Positions 37,855 through 47,958 of a stretch of 64,000 bases of DNA are shown one piece after another. Position numbers and translations under genes: made by a program. The stretch is from a bacterium (GTDB lineage Bacteria > Electryoneota > Electryoneia > Electryoneales > Electryoneaceae): NCBI GenBank assembly GCA_963669175.1, contig OY769902.1, positions 704,001 through 768,000 of the forward strand. Direction: 5' to 3'. The notes beneath the pieces are model-generated. The model had not been told where the DNA came from. It ran no database searches and saw only the letters and a program-made list of their open reading frames with translations. Position 1 is the stretch's first letter; every line of letters begins with the position of its first letter.

Positions 37855-39669
37855 ATGGATGTTTTTCGCCGATTCGCCCACTACGTAAAGCCTTACTGGA
37901 TGCACATCGCGCTGGTGTTGTTGTGTACCGCGCTGTTTGTGGTGTTTTCCGCGTCGGCATACTGGTTGGGCGCATCGTTCCTTCAAGCCTTGTTTTCCGG
38001 TGAGCTGGTTGCTGCTGCGTCTCCCCCATCTATTACCGATCCCAACGCCTGGTTGAAATTTCAGACTCATCATCTATTGACTGGCACATCGCAGCAGGAA
38101 ACCCTTTTCCGTGCGGCCCTGGCCATTGTGATCGCTTTCGTATTGAAAAACCTGTTCAGCTACCTGCAACTGTATTTTTTCAGCTTCGTTGAACAGAAAG
38201 TGATAAAGGATCTGCGTGACGATTTGTTTGACAAACTGCTTCACCTGGACCTGGCCTTCTTTCAGCGCAAGCGTCGCGGCGATTTGATTTCCAACGTATT
38301 AAATGATGTAGAAGACTTAAACCAGGCGCTGAACAAGAGTTTTACCAAGAGTATCCGCGACCCTTTCAATGCGTTGCTGCTCTTTATCCTCCTGTTGGTG
38401 GTTAGCCCCAAACTGACACTTGCCGCATTGCTGGTAGTGCCTGCTGTGGGGTGGACAGTGCTGATGCTGGGACGATCAATCAAGCGCTATGCGGTCCATG
38501 TGCAGGAGGCGATTTCTTCTGTCACAACCCATCTTCAGGAAAGCCTGGGCGGAATTCGGGTAGTGAAAGCGTTTGCCGGCGAAACCTTTGAAAACAGACG
38601 TTTTCAGAAGTTGACCCAAAGTCATTACCAGTACGCCTTTGGACGTGAGCAATTAAAGCGTCTTGTTATTCCCCTGAATGAAATTGTAGGGGTGCTGATT
38701 ATAAGCGGCTTGCTTTTTGTTGGTGGCGATATGGTTCTGGTTCAGCGATCCATGAATTCGGAGGACTTTATCCGTTTCCTGGTCCTGCTTTTCGCCTTGT
38801 TGAATCCGATCATGAGTCTTGGGAACCTGTTTGCCAACATTCGCCATGCGGAAGCATCCGGCGGTCGTGTCTTTCGTGTGCTGGATGAGCCGGTTCGTCT
38901 TAGTCAACCGGACAACGCTGCGATACCCAAACAGTTTCAAGAGCGTTTCGAAGTACGGAATGTCTCTTTCCGTTACCAGGAAGATTTACCCTCGGTCATT
39001 GAATCCGTTGCTTTTACCATTCACCTGGGTGAACGGCTGGCGATTGTTGGTTCGAGTGGAAGCGGTAAGTCTACTCTCTTGAACCTGTTGCCGCGTTTTT
39101 ATGATGTAACGGATGGTGAGATACTCCTTGATGGTACTGACATTCGTGAGTTAGACCTTGCCGGTTACAGAAACCTGTTCGGTATTGTAACGCAGCAGGT
39201 TATCCTGTTCCATGACACCATTTTTGCCAACATCGCTTACGGCAATCCTTCAGCCTCACGTGAAGCTGTAATCGAGGCAGCCAAAGCAGCGTTTGCTGAT
39301 GAATTTATCAGTAAACTTCCTGAAGGATACGACACAATCGTTGGCGAGCAGGGTTCTTTATTGTCTGGTGGTCAGCGTCAACGGATCAGCATCGCCAGGG
39401 CGTTTTTACGCAAACCAGACATTATCTTGCTTGACGAAGCCTCCAGCGCACTGGACCCGGAAGCTGCGGCACAAGTGGAAGCGGCCCTGGAACGGTTGAC
39501 TGCCGGACGAACTGTTATTTCAGTAACCCACCGTATCAATACGGTTGAACATTTTGAGCGAATTCTGGTTTTAAAGGATGGACGTTTGATCGGGGACGGG
39601 CCACATAGAGAATTAATTCAAACATGTGAGCCCTACAGGAACCTTGCGATGACCCAGTCTGTTGCCTGA
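37855..39669 (+). CDS. MsbA-like ABC transporter (fused TMD-NBD)
   Basis: GSSGSGKST, LSGGQRQRI, ILLDEASSALD; TM helices; start chosen at MDVFRRF. Confidence 0.92.
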   Translation: MDVFRRFAHYVKPYWMHIALVLLCTALFVVFSASAYWLGASFLQALFSGELVAAASPPSITDPNAWLKFQTHHLLTGTSQQETLFRAALAIVIAFVLKNLFSYLQLYFFSFVEQKVIKDLRDDLFDKLLHLDLAFFQRKRRGDLISNVLNDVEDLNQALNKSFTKSIRDPFNALLLFILLLVVSPKLTLAALLVVPAVGWTVLMLGRSIKRYAVHVQEAISSVTTHLQESLGGIRVVKAFAGETFENRRFQKLTQSHYQYAFGREQLKRLVIPLNEIVGVLIISGLLFVGGDMVLVQRSMNSEDFIRFLVLLFALLNPIMSLGNLFANIRHAEASGGRVFRVLDEPVRLSQPDNAAIPKQFQERFEVRNVSFRYQEDLPSVIESVAFTIHLGERLAIVGSSGSGKSTLLNLLPRFYDVTDGEILLDGTDIRELDLAGYRNLFGIVTQQVILFHDTIFANIAYGNPSASREAVIEAAKAAFADEFISKLPEGYDTIVGEQGSLLSGGQRQRISIARAFLRKPDIILLDEASSALDPEAAAQVEAALERLTAGRTVISVTHRINTVEHFERILVLKDGRLIGDGPHRELIQTCEPYRNLAMTQSVA

Positions 39670-39717
39670 GGGCGCTTAAAACGGTATCCTCTGGTATCAC
39701 GGGATTGTATATGAGGG

Positions 39718-40836
39718 GTGGACATGCTGGATGATAGAGCACGTGTAGTTGTCATCTGTTCGAGCGACGGGTGGGCGGGGACCGAAAAATGGACCCTGCG
39801 GTCGTCCGAAGAGTTGTACAAGCGGAATCGTCGTGTTCTGATGCTGGTCCGTCGCCCAATCCTGTTCTCCGGCCGTGTAACAGTGAATGTCCCCTATCTG
39901 CGTGTACCCATGCGAAACGAAGCAGATATTTTTTCCCTTCGACGCATGGTGAGGCTGATCAAACGGAACGCGGACGTTGTTGTAGTAACCCGGGTGCGTG
40001 ACTACTGGCTGGGCGGTCTGGCGGCAAAACTGGCGGGGGTACCGGTCGTATTACGGCTTGGCGTTGTCCGTCGCCTGCGAGACTCCTACATCATGGATAA
40101 AATGCGGTACGGAAAACTGCCGCAACGCATCATGGTTAACGCCCAGGCAATTAAAGACAGCCTGGTTAAATCCCCCTGGATAGACCCGGATAAGGTTCAC
40201 ATTATCTATAACGGTGCGGATATCCGTGGCCATATCAGCGAAGAGAACCTCGGCTTTACCCGTCAATTGATCGGAGTGCCCCCGGATTCAACCCTGATTA
40301 TCGGTGCGGGACGGCTTGCGGTGGAAAAACGCTGGGAATGGCTAATTAAAGCCACGTCTATCCTGGTTGCCGAAGGCTATAATATTAACGTCCGTATTAT
40401 TGGACGTGGGTCTGAAGGACGCGATCTACAGAACCTGATCTTCGATTATAAAATTCAGCATCATGTGCAGCTTCCGGGTGAACGGCGCGATTCACACCTT
40501 TGGCTGTCTGCTGCCGACATTGTGGCCATGCCTTCCGAAAATGAAGGCATCTCCAACACGCTTCTTGAGGCTATGGGCGCTGAAGTGCCCGTGCTGGCCA
40601 TGAAATGTGGAGGGAATGCAGAGACTTTCACTGACGGAGAAAACATTTCCCTTTGCGAGATTGATGACTTTGACGATTTTGTCAATCGTTTGCGCATCCT
40701 GGTAAAAGACAGGGAGTTGCGTGAACGAATCGGTAAAGCCGGTTTCGAAGTAGTGAAAGAACGCTTTTCCTGGGAAAGAATGACCGATGAATACGAGGCT
40801 TTACTGGATCTGACCGCCAGTGAAGGTCGGAAATGA
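39718..40836 (+). CDS. GT4 glycosyltransferase
   Basis: IYNG, GRLAVEK, EGISNTLLEAM, FSWE. Confidence 0.9.
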   Translation: MDMLDDRARVVVICSSDGWAGTEKWTLRSSEELYKRNRRVLMLVRRPILFSGRVTVNVPYLRVPMRNEADIFSLRRMVRLIKRNADVVVVTRVRDYWLGGLAAKLAGVPVVLRLGVVRRLRDSYIMDKMRYGKLPQRIMVNAQAIKDSLVKSPWIDPDKVHIIYNGADIRGHISEENLGFTRQLIGVPPDSTLIIGAGRLAVEKRWEWLIKATSILVAEGYNINVRIIGRGSEGRDLQNLIFDYKIQHHVQLPGERRDSHLWLSAADIVAMPSENEGISNTLLEAMGAEVPVLAMKCGGNAETFTDGENISLCEIDDFDDFVNRLRILVKDRELRERIGKAGFEVVKERFSWERMTDEYEALLDLTASEGRK

Positions 40837-41924
40837 AAATCGCTTTCCTGAATTTCGCCCGCGACTTTGGCGGCGGCGAACACTGGACTATTCTTACAGC
40901 AGGCGGCTTGTCGGAACATGGGCATCAGGTGCTGCTGCTGGGACGTTCCGGTTCAACCTACCAGAATCGTGTCAACCAAGCTGGTTTGCAATACATGAGT
41001 GTCCCTGCTGGTCCGGATTATAACCCGATCACGATCTTATACCTGCTTCGAATCTTCCTGTACTTTCGCCCGGATGTTTTGATTGTCTCCCATAACAAAG
41101 ATGTTCGTAACGGCGCTGTAGCGGCATTATTTCTTGGTATTCCCGTATTACATCGTAACGGGTTCCCCATATTAAAGGATACCTGGCGACATCGTTTGAC
41201 CTATGCACTGACCAATCGGATCATCACCAACTCCCAACGCATCCGTGATCAGTATGCCGATATTCCATGGATTGATCCCAACACAATTGATGTGGTTCCC
41301 AATGGGATCGACCCACCGGAAACCATCCGGGATAAGCAACAGGTACGGTCGAACTTGAATCTCGCCCAAGATGCCTTTATTGTCATGTTCGCAGGACGGC
41401 TTACCACGACCAAGCATGTGGATGATCTGATAACAGCGATGAAACTAATGCCGGAAACGTCATCTGTACGGCTTGCCGTAATGGGTGACGGCCCGGAAGC
41501 CGAGTCCCTGAAACAACAGGCCGCAAACCTCGTTACATCGAACAGGGTCGTATTCCTGGGCTATCACGACGATGCTGCGGATAAACTGATGGCCGCTGAC
41601 CTGGTAATCCTGCCGTCCGACGACGAAGGAATGCCGAATACGCTGATGGAAGCGATGGTGCGCAAGATTCCGGTAGCAGCTACACCAGTTGGCGATGTAC
41701 CTTATCTTCTGGATGAGGGCAAAGCCGGCTGGTTGTTCCCGGTTGGATCACCGGAAAAGATAACTGAGCTGCTTGCGTCGCTGGAAAACCATCAGGATCT
41801 CCTGGACGAAATGGCCTCTGCGGGTTTTAAACAGATTCGTGACCATTTTTCCTTTTCCGACATGATCAGTGGCGTAGAACGATCCTGCAGGAGAACGATT
41901 CGAGTCCGTCGTGATCGTACGTAA
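40833..41924 (+). CDS. GT4 glycosyltransferase
   Basis: GGGE, VPNGID, AGRL...K, EGMPNTLMEAM. Confidence 0.9.
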   Translation: MKIAFLNFARDFGGGEHWTILTAGGLSEHGHQVLLLGRSGSTYQNRVNQAGLQYMSVPAGPDYNPITILYLLRIFLYFRPDVLIVSHNKDVRNGAVAALFLGIPVLHRNGFPILKDTWRHRLTYALTNRIITNSQRIRDQYADIPWIDPNTIDVVPNGIDPPETIRDKQQVRSNLNLAQDAFIVMFAGRLTTTKHVDDLITAMKLMPETSSVRLAVMGDGPEAESLKQQAANLVTSNRVVFLGYHDDAADKLMAADLVILPSDDEGMPNTLMEAMVRKIPVAATPVGDVPYLLDEGKAGWLFPVGSPEKITELLASLENHQDLLDEMASAGFKQIRDHFSFSDMISGVERSCRRTIRVRRDRT

Positions 41925-41942
41925 CATGAACCGGAATAGATC

Positions 41943-43022
41943 ATGGCTTCATTTCCACTGCTTACACGCGCCTGGTGGCGTACATTTGTCTTTCGCCTGA
42001 TCGGCGCATTGTCCTCAACCAAACATGTTTCCGGTACACCGCTTCCGGAAAAACCGAACCGAATCCTGGTTTTGACACCTGTTCTGCGTGGTGATTATAT
42101 CGTGCTTTCACCGCTGATTTCGGGATTGCGAAAGCTGCGCCCCTCATCTGAACTGGCCGTCGTCATCACACGTCCAAGTCACGACCTGGCCCAAGCAGAT
42201 CCCAATGTTGACAAGGTTATTCTATATAACAAGTTGCCTCGCTGGTTTCACTCAATACATGAAGTGTTTCGTTATCATCCGGATATTGTCGTGCTGCCGA
42301 AGGGCCATCCGGCGTTTACAGAAACCATGCTGGTTCTGCTGTCTCGCGCACGTTATCGTGTCGGCTTGAGTCACCCCCATCACAATTCTTTCCTCACCCA
42401 TGCGGTGGCGCATCGCGGGGAACGTGAACACCGGACCACAGCCTATGCGCGCCTGTTGAAACCGTTCGGCGCAGATCCGGCGACCATCAGCCGACGTCTG
42501 CATATCGGGGAAGACCCTGTCGGCGAAACCAAGGCGACAGTCTGGTTCGAAGATCATCCCGGTCCGTGGGTGGCGTTGAATCTTTCCGCAGGCGCATCGA
42601 CCCGCCTCTGGCCTCTGGAACGCTGGTCACAACTGATTGTGCAACTTCATGATCTGTATCCAAAATTGCGTTTTCTGACACTCGGCGTCGGCCCACAAGC
42701 GGAAGAATGCCAACAACTGGCGGAATCATTTGACTATGTGGAAACCATAAAGACAGGCTCATTCCTTGAGGCGGTGGCGTTTGTTGCACGTTGTAGCCTG
42801 CTGGTCAGCCCGGATACGGGAACTGTCCACGCTTCCGCTGCGCGACAGGTGCCGGTGTTCGTTCTTTACAACGGCGACCGTGAAAACTACATCCGTTTCT
42901 CCCCCGCTTCTGTACAACATGATTGCGTGTTCGCGGAAGAGGGCCAGGATGTGAATAGCTTATCCGTTCCGGACGTTTTTAACAAGCTTGCGCCATTTAT
43001 CAAAACACTGGGAATCGAATGA
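41943..43022 (+). CDS. GT9 (heptosyltransferase-like) glycosyltransferase
   Basis: RGD, TRLWP..RW, SPDTGTVHASAA. Confidence 0.88.
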   Translation: MASFPLLTRAWWRTFVFRLIGALSSTKHVSGTPLPEKPNRILVLTPVLRGDYIVLSPLISGLRKLRPSSELAVVITRPSHDLAQADPNVDKVILYNKLPRWFHSIHEVFRYHPDIVVLPKGHPAFTETMLVLLSRARYRVGLSHPHHNSFLTHAVAHRGEREHRTTAYARLLKPFGADPATISRRLHIGEDPVGETKATVWFEDHPGPWVALNLSAGASTRLWPLERWSQLIVQLHDLYPKLRFLTLGVGPQAEECQQLAESFDYVETIKTGSFLEAVAFVARCSLLVSPDTGTVHASAARQVPVFVLYNGDRENYIRFSPASVQHDCVFAEEGQDVNSLSVPDVFNKLAPFIKTLGIE

Positions 43023-44989
43023 ACGAAGAGCAACCTCTACCCGTATTGCTTGTGGATGAAGGACCGCCGCAGATATCCCTGTACGCTTACCTGCTGATGG
43101 CTGTCTGGTTGGTTGCGCTTGTGATCGGTGTCGTATTAACTGATACGTATTTCTTCTATTACATAATGATTGGGGCAACACTTCTGGCAATTCTTGCCAC
43201 CGTTGCAGGTTGGTTGTCACTTCCACGATACTGGTTCTTAGCCTTGTTGTTTGTATTCTGGAATGTCTTCCCCACCTTGTTTGAATTGCGATCGTCCAAC
43301 TTGAGCTACTATCGACTGGAAAGCCTGATACCATTCCTACTCCCCTTGATGTTCCTTATTGCATACCTCCTTCTTGTCCGTGGTTTCTGGTTCTTTCATC
43401 TGACATTCATCCCAATCTTTTTCCTTTGTATTGCCATTCCTGTCTCCATGCACAGGATCAGTGGACGTTGGTATAATTCCACCTTCGACGGCATTCCTTA
43501 TCATGGTCTCGGGGCTTACGCACATACGCTTTGGATAATCATAAGCACCCTGCTTCTTTTCCTCTTAATCCGGACCTACTACAAACGAATGCGCTCCTGG
43601 AAGCATCAATGGTATTTTATTTCACTCGGAACCCTACTTTTTCTCCCCCTGATTGCCAGTATGGTCCGGGTTACCATAGACATCTCTATAATTCACGACT
43701 TGGCCCCTTGTAGCGTATTTTTATTTACGGCTTTTATTGCATTGGTTGAGATCTATATCAGGCGTGATTCAACCCTTCATCCACGTGAAAGATTGACCCC
43801 TTTGCGTGGATATCTTGAAGAAATCGCTCTCGCTGCCAGTTCTTCGCTGAATTTTATCTTTCGTAAGGCACCTGAACCGATTTCTTCAGACTCCAAAACT
43901 CCTCGATTTGATGTGCATCCTTTGCGCAGTGACCCACACGGTAAACGTGTATACAGCCCCTATTTACCCGGAAAACCTGTATGGGTGCCGGTCTGTATGC
44001 ACATGCACTCAAACCGATGGGAAGGCAAGTTTACCGTAAAAGAAATGCTGGATTATTACCAGGCTTGTGGAGCTGGAAGTGTTATCATTACTGAACATAA
44101 TCGTATTACCCAAGCTGTTCATCCGGTCGCCGGCCCCCCCACATACGAACACGGCTGGGGCCCGCATCATCACCATGTTTTAGCATTGGGCGCTGAACGG
44201 ACTTTCAGCGACGCCTACCCCCTCGGAAGCGGCTTTGAACAGAAGCAAAAAACTCTGCAAACCTTGCGCAACCATTCTCGTTTTCTCGTCCTTGCTCACC
44301 CGAATCATCACAACGCCTGGACGTTTGATGATGTCAAAAAACAGGATTACGATGCTCTTGAAATCTTCAACAAATCCTGTGAATCGCTTGACCATTGGCG
44401 TCACGCTTTAAACACCGGACGCGTTGTCTGGGGAACAGCCGGGGATGATTGTCATGATTTACGCAGTCGTCATCAAACCGCAAAACGCTTTCTCCTGGTG
44501 GATGCGCGATTGACAAAACAAGAGCTCGAATACCTTGATTCTCTCACTCATACAAGTGGGGTATCAAGTTGTGAGTATAAACTTTTACCGCACGATTATA
44601 CTACTGAAATACCAGATACGGTAGCCTGCGTGGCACAGGAAAGCGACTATGGATTTAATACTATTTCCCCTGATACTCTCCTGCTATTGCTTCACCTTGG
44701 ACGTTTTGTATCTGTACAGATCAAGGATCGCTTTATCACGAGATCACTCCAGGAAGCTTTGTCAATTATGATAGAAAACATTGAACGCACTGAAGAAAAT
44801 CTGCTGTCGTTTCATTTGGATCATCAACCTGATACAGTTTCTATTATCAGTGACTTCGAGGCTGATTGTACTCAGAAAGAATATACCTATTCTTGCCTGA
44901 TTGGCACTCCGAGGGCCACATCATACTGCGCTGCAACGATTAGTAAAGCAACTACAACCATTGCACTGAACCCTGTTATACGCTACTAG
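43019..44989 (+). CDS. Multi-TM membrane protein fused to a PHP-family metallophosphoesterase domain
   Basis: About 7-8 TM helices, then HMHS, ITEHN, E..H, LAHP, EIFN, GDDCH. Confidence 0.75.
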   Translation: MNEEQPLPVLLVDEGPPQISLYAYLLMAVWLVALVIGVVLTDTYFFYYIMIGATLLAILATVAGWLSLPRYWFLALLFVFWNVFPTLFELRSSNLSYYRLESLIPFLLPLMFLIAYLLLVRGFWFFHLTFIPIFFLCIAIPVSMHRISGRWYNSTFDGIPYHGLGAYAHTLWIIISTLLLFLLIRTYYKRMRSWKHQWYFISLGTLLFLPLIASMVRVTIDISIIHDLAPCSVFLFTAFIALVEIYIRRDSTLHPRERLTPLRGYLEEIALAASSSLNFIFRKAPEPISSDSKTPRFDVHPLRSDPHGKRVYSPYLPGKPVWVPVCMHMHSNRWEGKFTVKEMLDYYQACGAGSVIITEHNRITQAVHPVAGPPTYEHGWGPHHHHVLALGAERTFSDAYPLGSGFEQKQKTLQTLRNHSRFLVLAHPNHHNAWTFDDVKKQDYDALEIFNKSCESLDHWRHALNTGRVVWGTAGDDCHDLRSRHQTAKRFLLVDARLTKQELEYLDSLTHTSGVSSCEYKLLPHDYTTEIPDTVACVAQESDYGFNTISPDTLLLLLHLGRFVSVQIKDRFITRSLQEALSIMIENIERTEENLLSFHLDHQPDTVSIISDFEADCTQKEYTYSCLIGTPRATSYCAATISKATTTIALNPVIRY

Positions 44990-45702
44990 GATTCATGCTG
45001 TTTACTCCCTAACCAGCGTGTAAACCGTTCTGGATAATTTCCTGAATTAGAAGCGATCACTGTGTATTCTTTGTGAACCTGACACGGTTATCAATGCAAG
45101 AAAATGCCCATGCGAGGAACACTGAATGATTCTCAAAGTGCAAAAGTAAATACTAAGGAAAAATGTTAATAAACAACAAATACAATCCAAAATACCAGAA
45201 AAGGCCATAATTGACAAAAGGTATATGAGGACAGATATTGACATAACTATTTAATAAACAACGCATCAATGTGTGTAATAGTTGTACGTACAAAAATCAC
45301 TAACACTATCACACCAGTTTTACAAAAACCCCTTCACAGGAAAAATATAGCATACAATACAATGATATTTATGGCCATATCGATCTAGCGATTGTTGGTG
45401 AAAATGCTCATCTGAATACGCCAACAATGGGAATTTTATATATTGGGAGTCTTAAAGGAAAATACGAGGCAAGCAGAAGATGTATACTCAACTCATCTGA
45501 AAATTTCCGTTCTTAATATTGGTCCATCCTGCGTGAAGGCCATTAATGAATAATACCAGTGTATTCTAGTAGTGTTTGTGCAACAGGGAGATTATTCTCT
45601 CGGAGAATTGCTGTTCACTACATAAAGAAACCTGCATCTCTGCAGGCTCTTTTCCTTCATAGAAGTGAATAGGCTATGCTACTATTATCTGAGCTTTTAA
45701 CG

Positions 45703-46260
45703 CTATAACCGCCATGAACGCTGCAAGCGATTCAACACATTTGATCCTCCGGGTAAATCAGTTGTCCACGCTTTTAACATATAAAAATTCTTCTTCTTCT
45801 GATAGACTATAACCACCTTGTATATAGCGCCCGAACGCAATGAATCAACCTCTGTTTCACCCGGAATATAGTCTTCGTTCTGTTGCACAGTACCAAGGAT
45901 AAACCCACCAACATCAGCATTCGCTTCGTCCAGAAGCTTGCCGTCAACAGGACGATACCAGGGTTGTAATCCTTCTTTTTCTGCAAGTGCCATTAAACAG
46001 TTTTTTACATTATTGCATGTTTCCGGATTAAGAATTTCAGCCATGCCATAACAAGAAACTGTTGTGATACACTCAAGGAATGCTGTGCCATTTTCATCGG
46101 TAGAAACGACCCAGGGATCATTGGTTTCAAGGTGTCCGGCCTTGCCAAGATTCACACGATGAGTGTCATCTTTGCCCTTTGAAGCGGCAATACCGGAAAG
46201 AAAAAGGAGACCAACAGTGCAAAGCAGAAGCAGTATTGAAGTGTGTCTATTGGTCAACAT
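45703..46260 (-). CDS. Hypothetical exported protein
   Basis: 185-aa ORF with signal peptide; overlaps the upstream ORF. Confidence 0.6.
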   Translation of the reverse strand: MLTNRHTSILLLLCTVGLLFLSGIAASKGKDDTHRVNLGKAGHLETNDPWVVSTDENGTAFLECITTVSCYGMAEILNPETCNNVKNCLMALAEKEGLQPWYRPVDGKLLDEANADVGGFILGTVQQNEDYIPGETEVDSLRSGAIYKVVIVYQKKKNFYMLKAWTTDLPGGSNVLNRLQRSWRL

Positions 46261-46861
46261 GTTGTTCTTCCTCTGTTGGCTTTTGGATGGAATCGATCAA
46301 TCGGGCCACAACAACCTCCGGATCATCGAACGAAGGGTCATAAGTATCTGCAGAAATTACAAGTATATGATATTCATAGCGTAAGCCAATGATAGCGTAC
46401 GTTCTTGAATCCAGCAAAGAACCGTCGGCACGCTGGTTTTGTTGCTGGTGCCTGATAATATAGCCACTCAGCGCTTCTGTACGCGCTAACAATGCGCTAT
46501 CTACCGGAGTCGGTTCTATTGTCAGTTTGGTTAATTGTTTCAGCCTGTTTCTTACAAACGTGGCCGGAGATTTTTTATGGGCAGAATCGGCAACCTGGGC
46601 AACCATGATGCGAAAAGCGCCGTATTCAGCATTTGCAAGCCATTGTCCCTGTTTATTTACCTGAGCAAACACAGAGGTCGGCAACTCAAGCTCTATCTGG
46701 AAGCTATCCAGAACTACGGGGCCTGTTGTGACAACTCCCGATGGCAGGCTGGCTTGCATGATTTTCGCATATTGATTATCACAACTGGAACATCCTGCGC
46801 CGAAGATCGTACAAAATGCGATGGCACAACAGATGACAACGGGAAAGAGGAGTTTCTTCAT
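46247..46861 (-). CDS. Hypothetical lipoprotein
   Basis: MKK plus hydrophobic stretch and GAGC lipobox; AAGGAG RBS. Confidence 0.65.
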   Translation of the reverse strand: MKKLLFPVVICCAIAFCTIFGAGCSSCDNQYAKIMQASLPSGVVTTGPVVLDSFQIELELPTSVFAQVNKQGQWLANAEYGAFRIMVAQVADSAHKKSPATFVRNRLKQLTKLTIEPTPVDSALLARTEALSGYIIRHQQQNQRADGSLLDSRTYAIIGLRYEYHILVISADTYDPSFDDPEVVVARLIDSIQKPTEEEQHVDQ

Positions 46862-47120
46862 CCAGCTTACTCCTTATAAATGGTGAGTGTTATGCTCTGT
46901 TAACCTTCTTTCAGGGTTTGCCATGCCCATATGGGCTCTCGCATCAACTTGTTTATCAATAGGATACAAAATACATTTTATTTAGGTGGCAAGCAAGCAA
47001 ACAGTGCTCGCGTTCGTCTCGGAGTTCTGTTGCATACGTACATCCTCATCTCTATATTCCAAGGCTTTAGGTCAAAGAGGGAATCTTTGATTTCCGTGAT
47101 AGACGAAACAGGACAGGATC

Positions 47121-47264
47121 ATGAAGAGGACATTCCAGCCGCATAACCGTAAGCGCAAGAATAAGCACGGCTTCCGTGCTCGCATGGCTACCAAGAGCGG
47201 CCGCAAGGTGCTCCAAAGCCGTCGTGCCAAAGGCCGTAAGCGTTTGACTGTCTCTGACAACTAG
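47121..47264 (+). CDS. rpmH: 50S ribosomal protein L34 (not in the ORF track)
   Basis: Translated by hand: [47 protein letters not shown]. Confidence 0.98.
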   Translation: MKRTFQPHNRKRKNKHGFRARMATKSGRKVLQSRRAKGRKRLTVSDN

Positions 47265-47265
47265 A

Positions 47266-47624
47266 GTGAGCGAAACGCTTAAAAAAGAAGAACTTCTGCG
47301 TGGACGCGATACGTTTCGAAGGCTGCTGCGCGAGGGTGAAAGGGTACACAGCCGAGGCGTTACCCTTTTTTTTTACCCTCTTCAAAACGGCGGTTCGGGA
47401 CGATTGTGCCCATAAGATCTTTCGGCGGCGCGATTCAAAGAAACTATGCGCGACGCCGGTTGCGGGAGTTTTTCCGTAGAAATAAAGAGCTCTTTCCGGA
47501 TAATACAGATTGTATTTTGCGTTTCTACTCTCCCCCACACGACTGGGATAAATGCCTGGGCAAGCTGCGGGGAATGTTAAGCACTGCCAGAAAGAGAATC
47601 GCTGATAAAGCAGCGAATAGTTAA
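47266..47624 (+). CDS. rnpA: RNase P protein component, frameshifted at a T9 run (47366-47374)
   Basis: Frame 1 MSETLKKEELLRGRDTFRRLLREG...; second frame ...RRFGTIV...GGAIQRNYARRRLRE (RNR motif); located between rpmH and yidD. Confidence 0.85.
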
Positions 47625-47642
47625 AATGGTCGGGGCCAGGTT

Positions 47643-47954
47643 GTGAACAGGTGGTTATCCAGGTATGTCGCAATACCTTTCTTGAAGATCTATCATTGGA
47701 TCGGATCGCCGCTTTTTTATGCCCTGGGCAGTCGTTGCCGGTTTTATCCATCATGCAGCCATTACGCGGAAGAAGCCTTCCGCGTCCATGGATTTTCCAG
47801 GGGAATAGTGCTTTCCACGGTCCGTCTAGCCAAGTGTAATCCATTGCACCCGGGCGGATATGATCCTGTGCCGGATCCCAAAGAGACTTCGAAACACGCC
47901 TCCTGTAAGCCGCCGACCATACACATTGAGACAAGCCTGATAACGAAGCGATAA
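47643..47954 (+). CDS. yidD: Membrane protein insertion efficiency factor
   Basis: [25 protein letters not shown]. Confidence 0.95.
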   Translation: MNRWLSRYVAIPFLKIYHWIGSPLFYALGSRCRFYPSCSHYAEEAFRVHGFSRGIVLSTVRLAKCNPLHPGGYDPVPDPKETSKHASCKPPTIHIETSLITKR

Positions 47955-47958
47955 CGTC

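Noticed and set aside
44990-47120. oriC upstream of rpmH
   Set aside because: I saw no cluster of DnaA boxes and dnaA is absent; not supported from the sequence alone.
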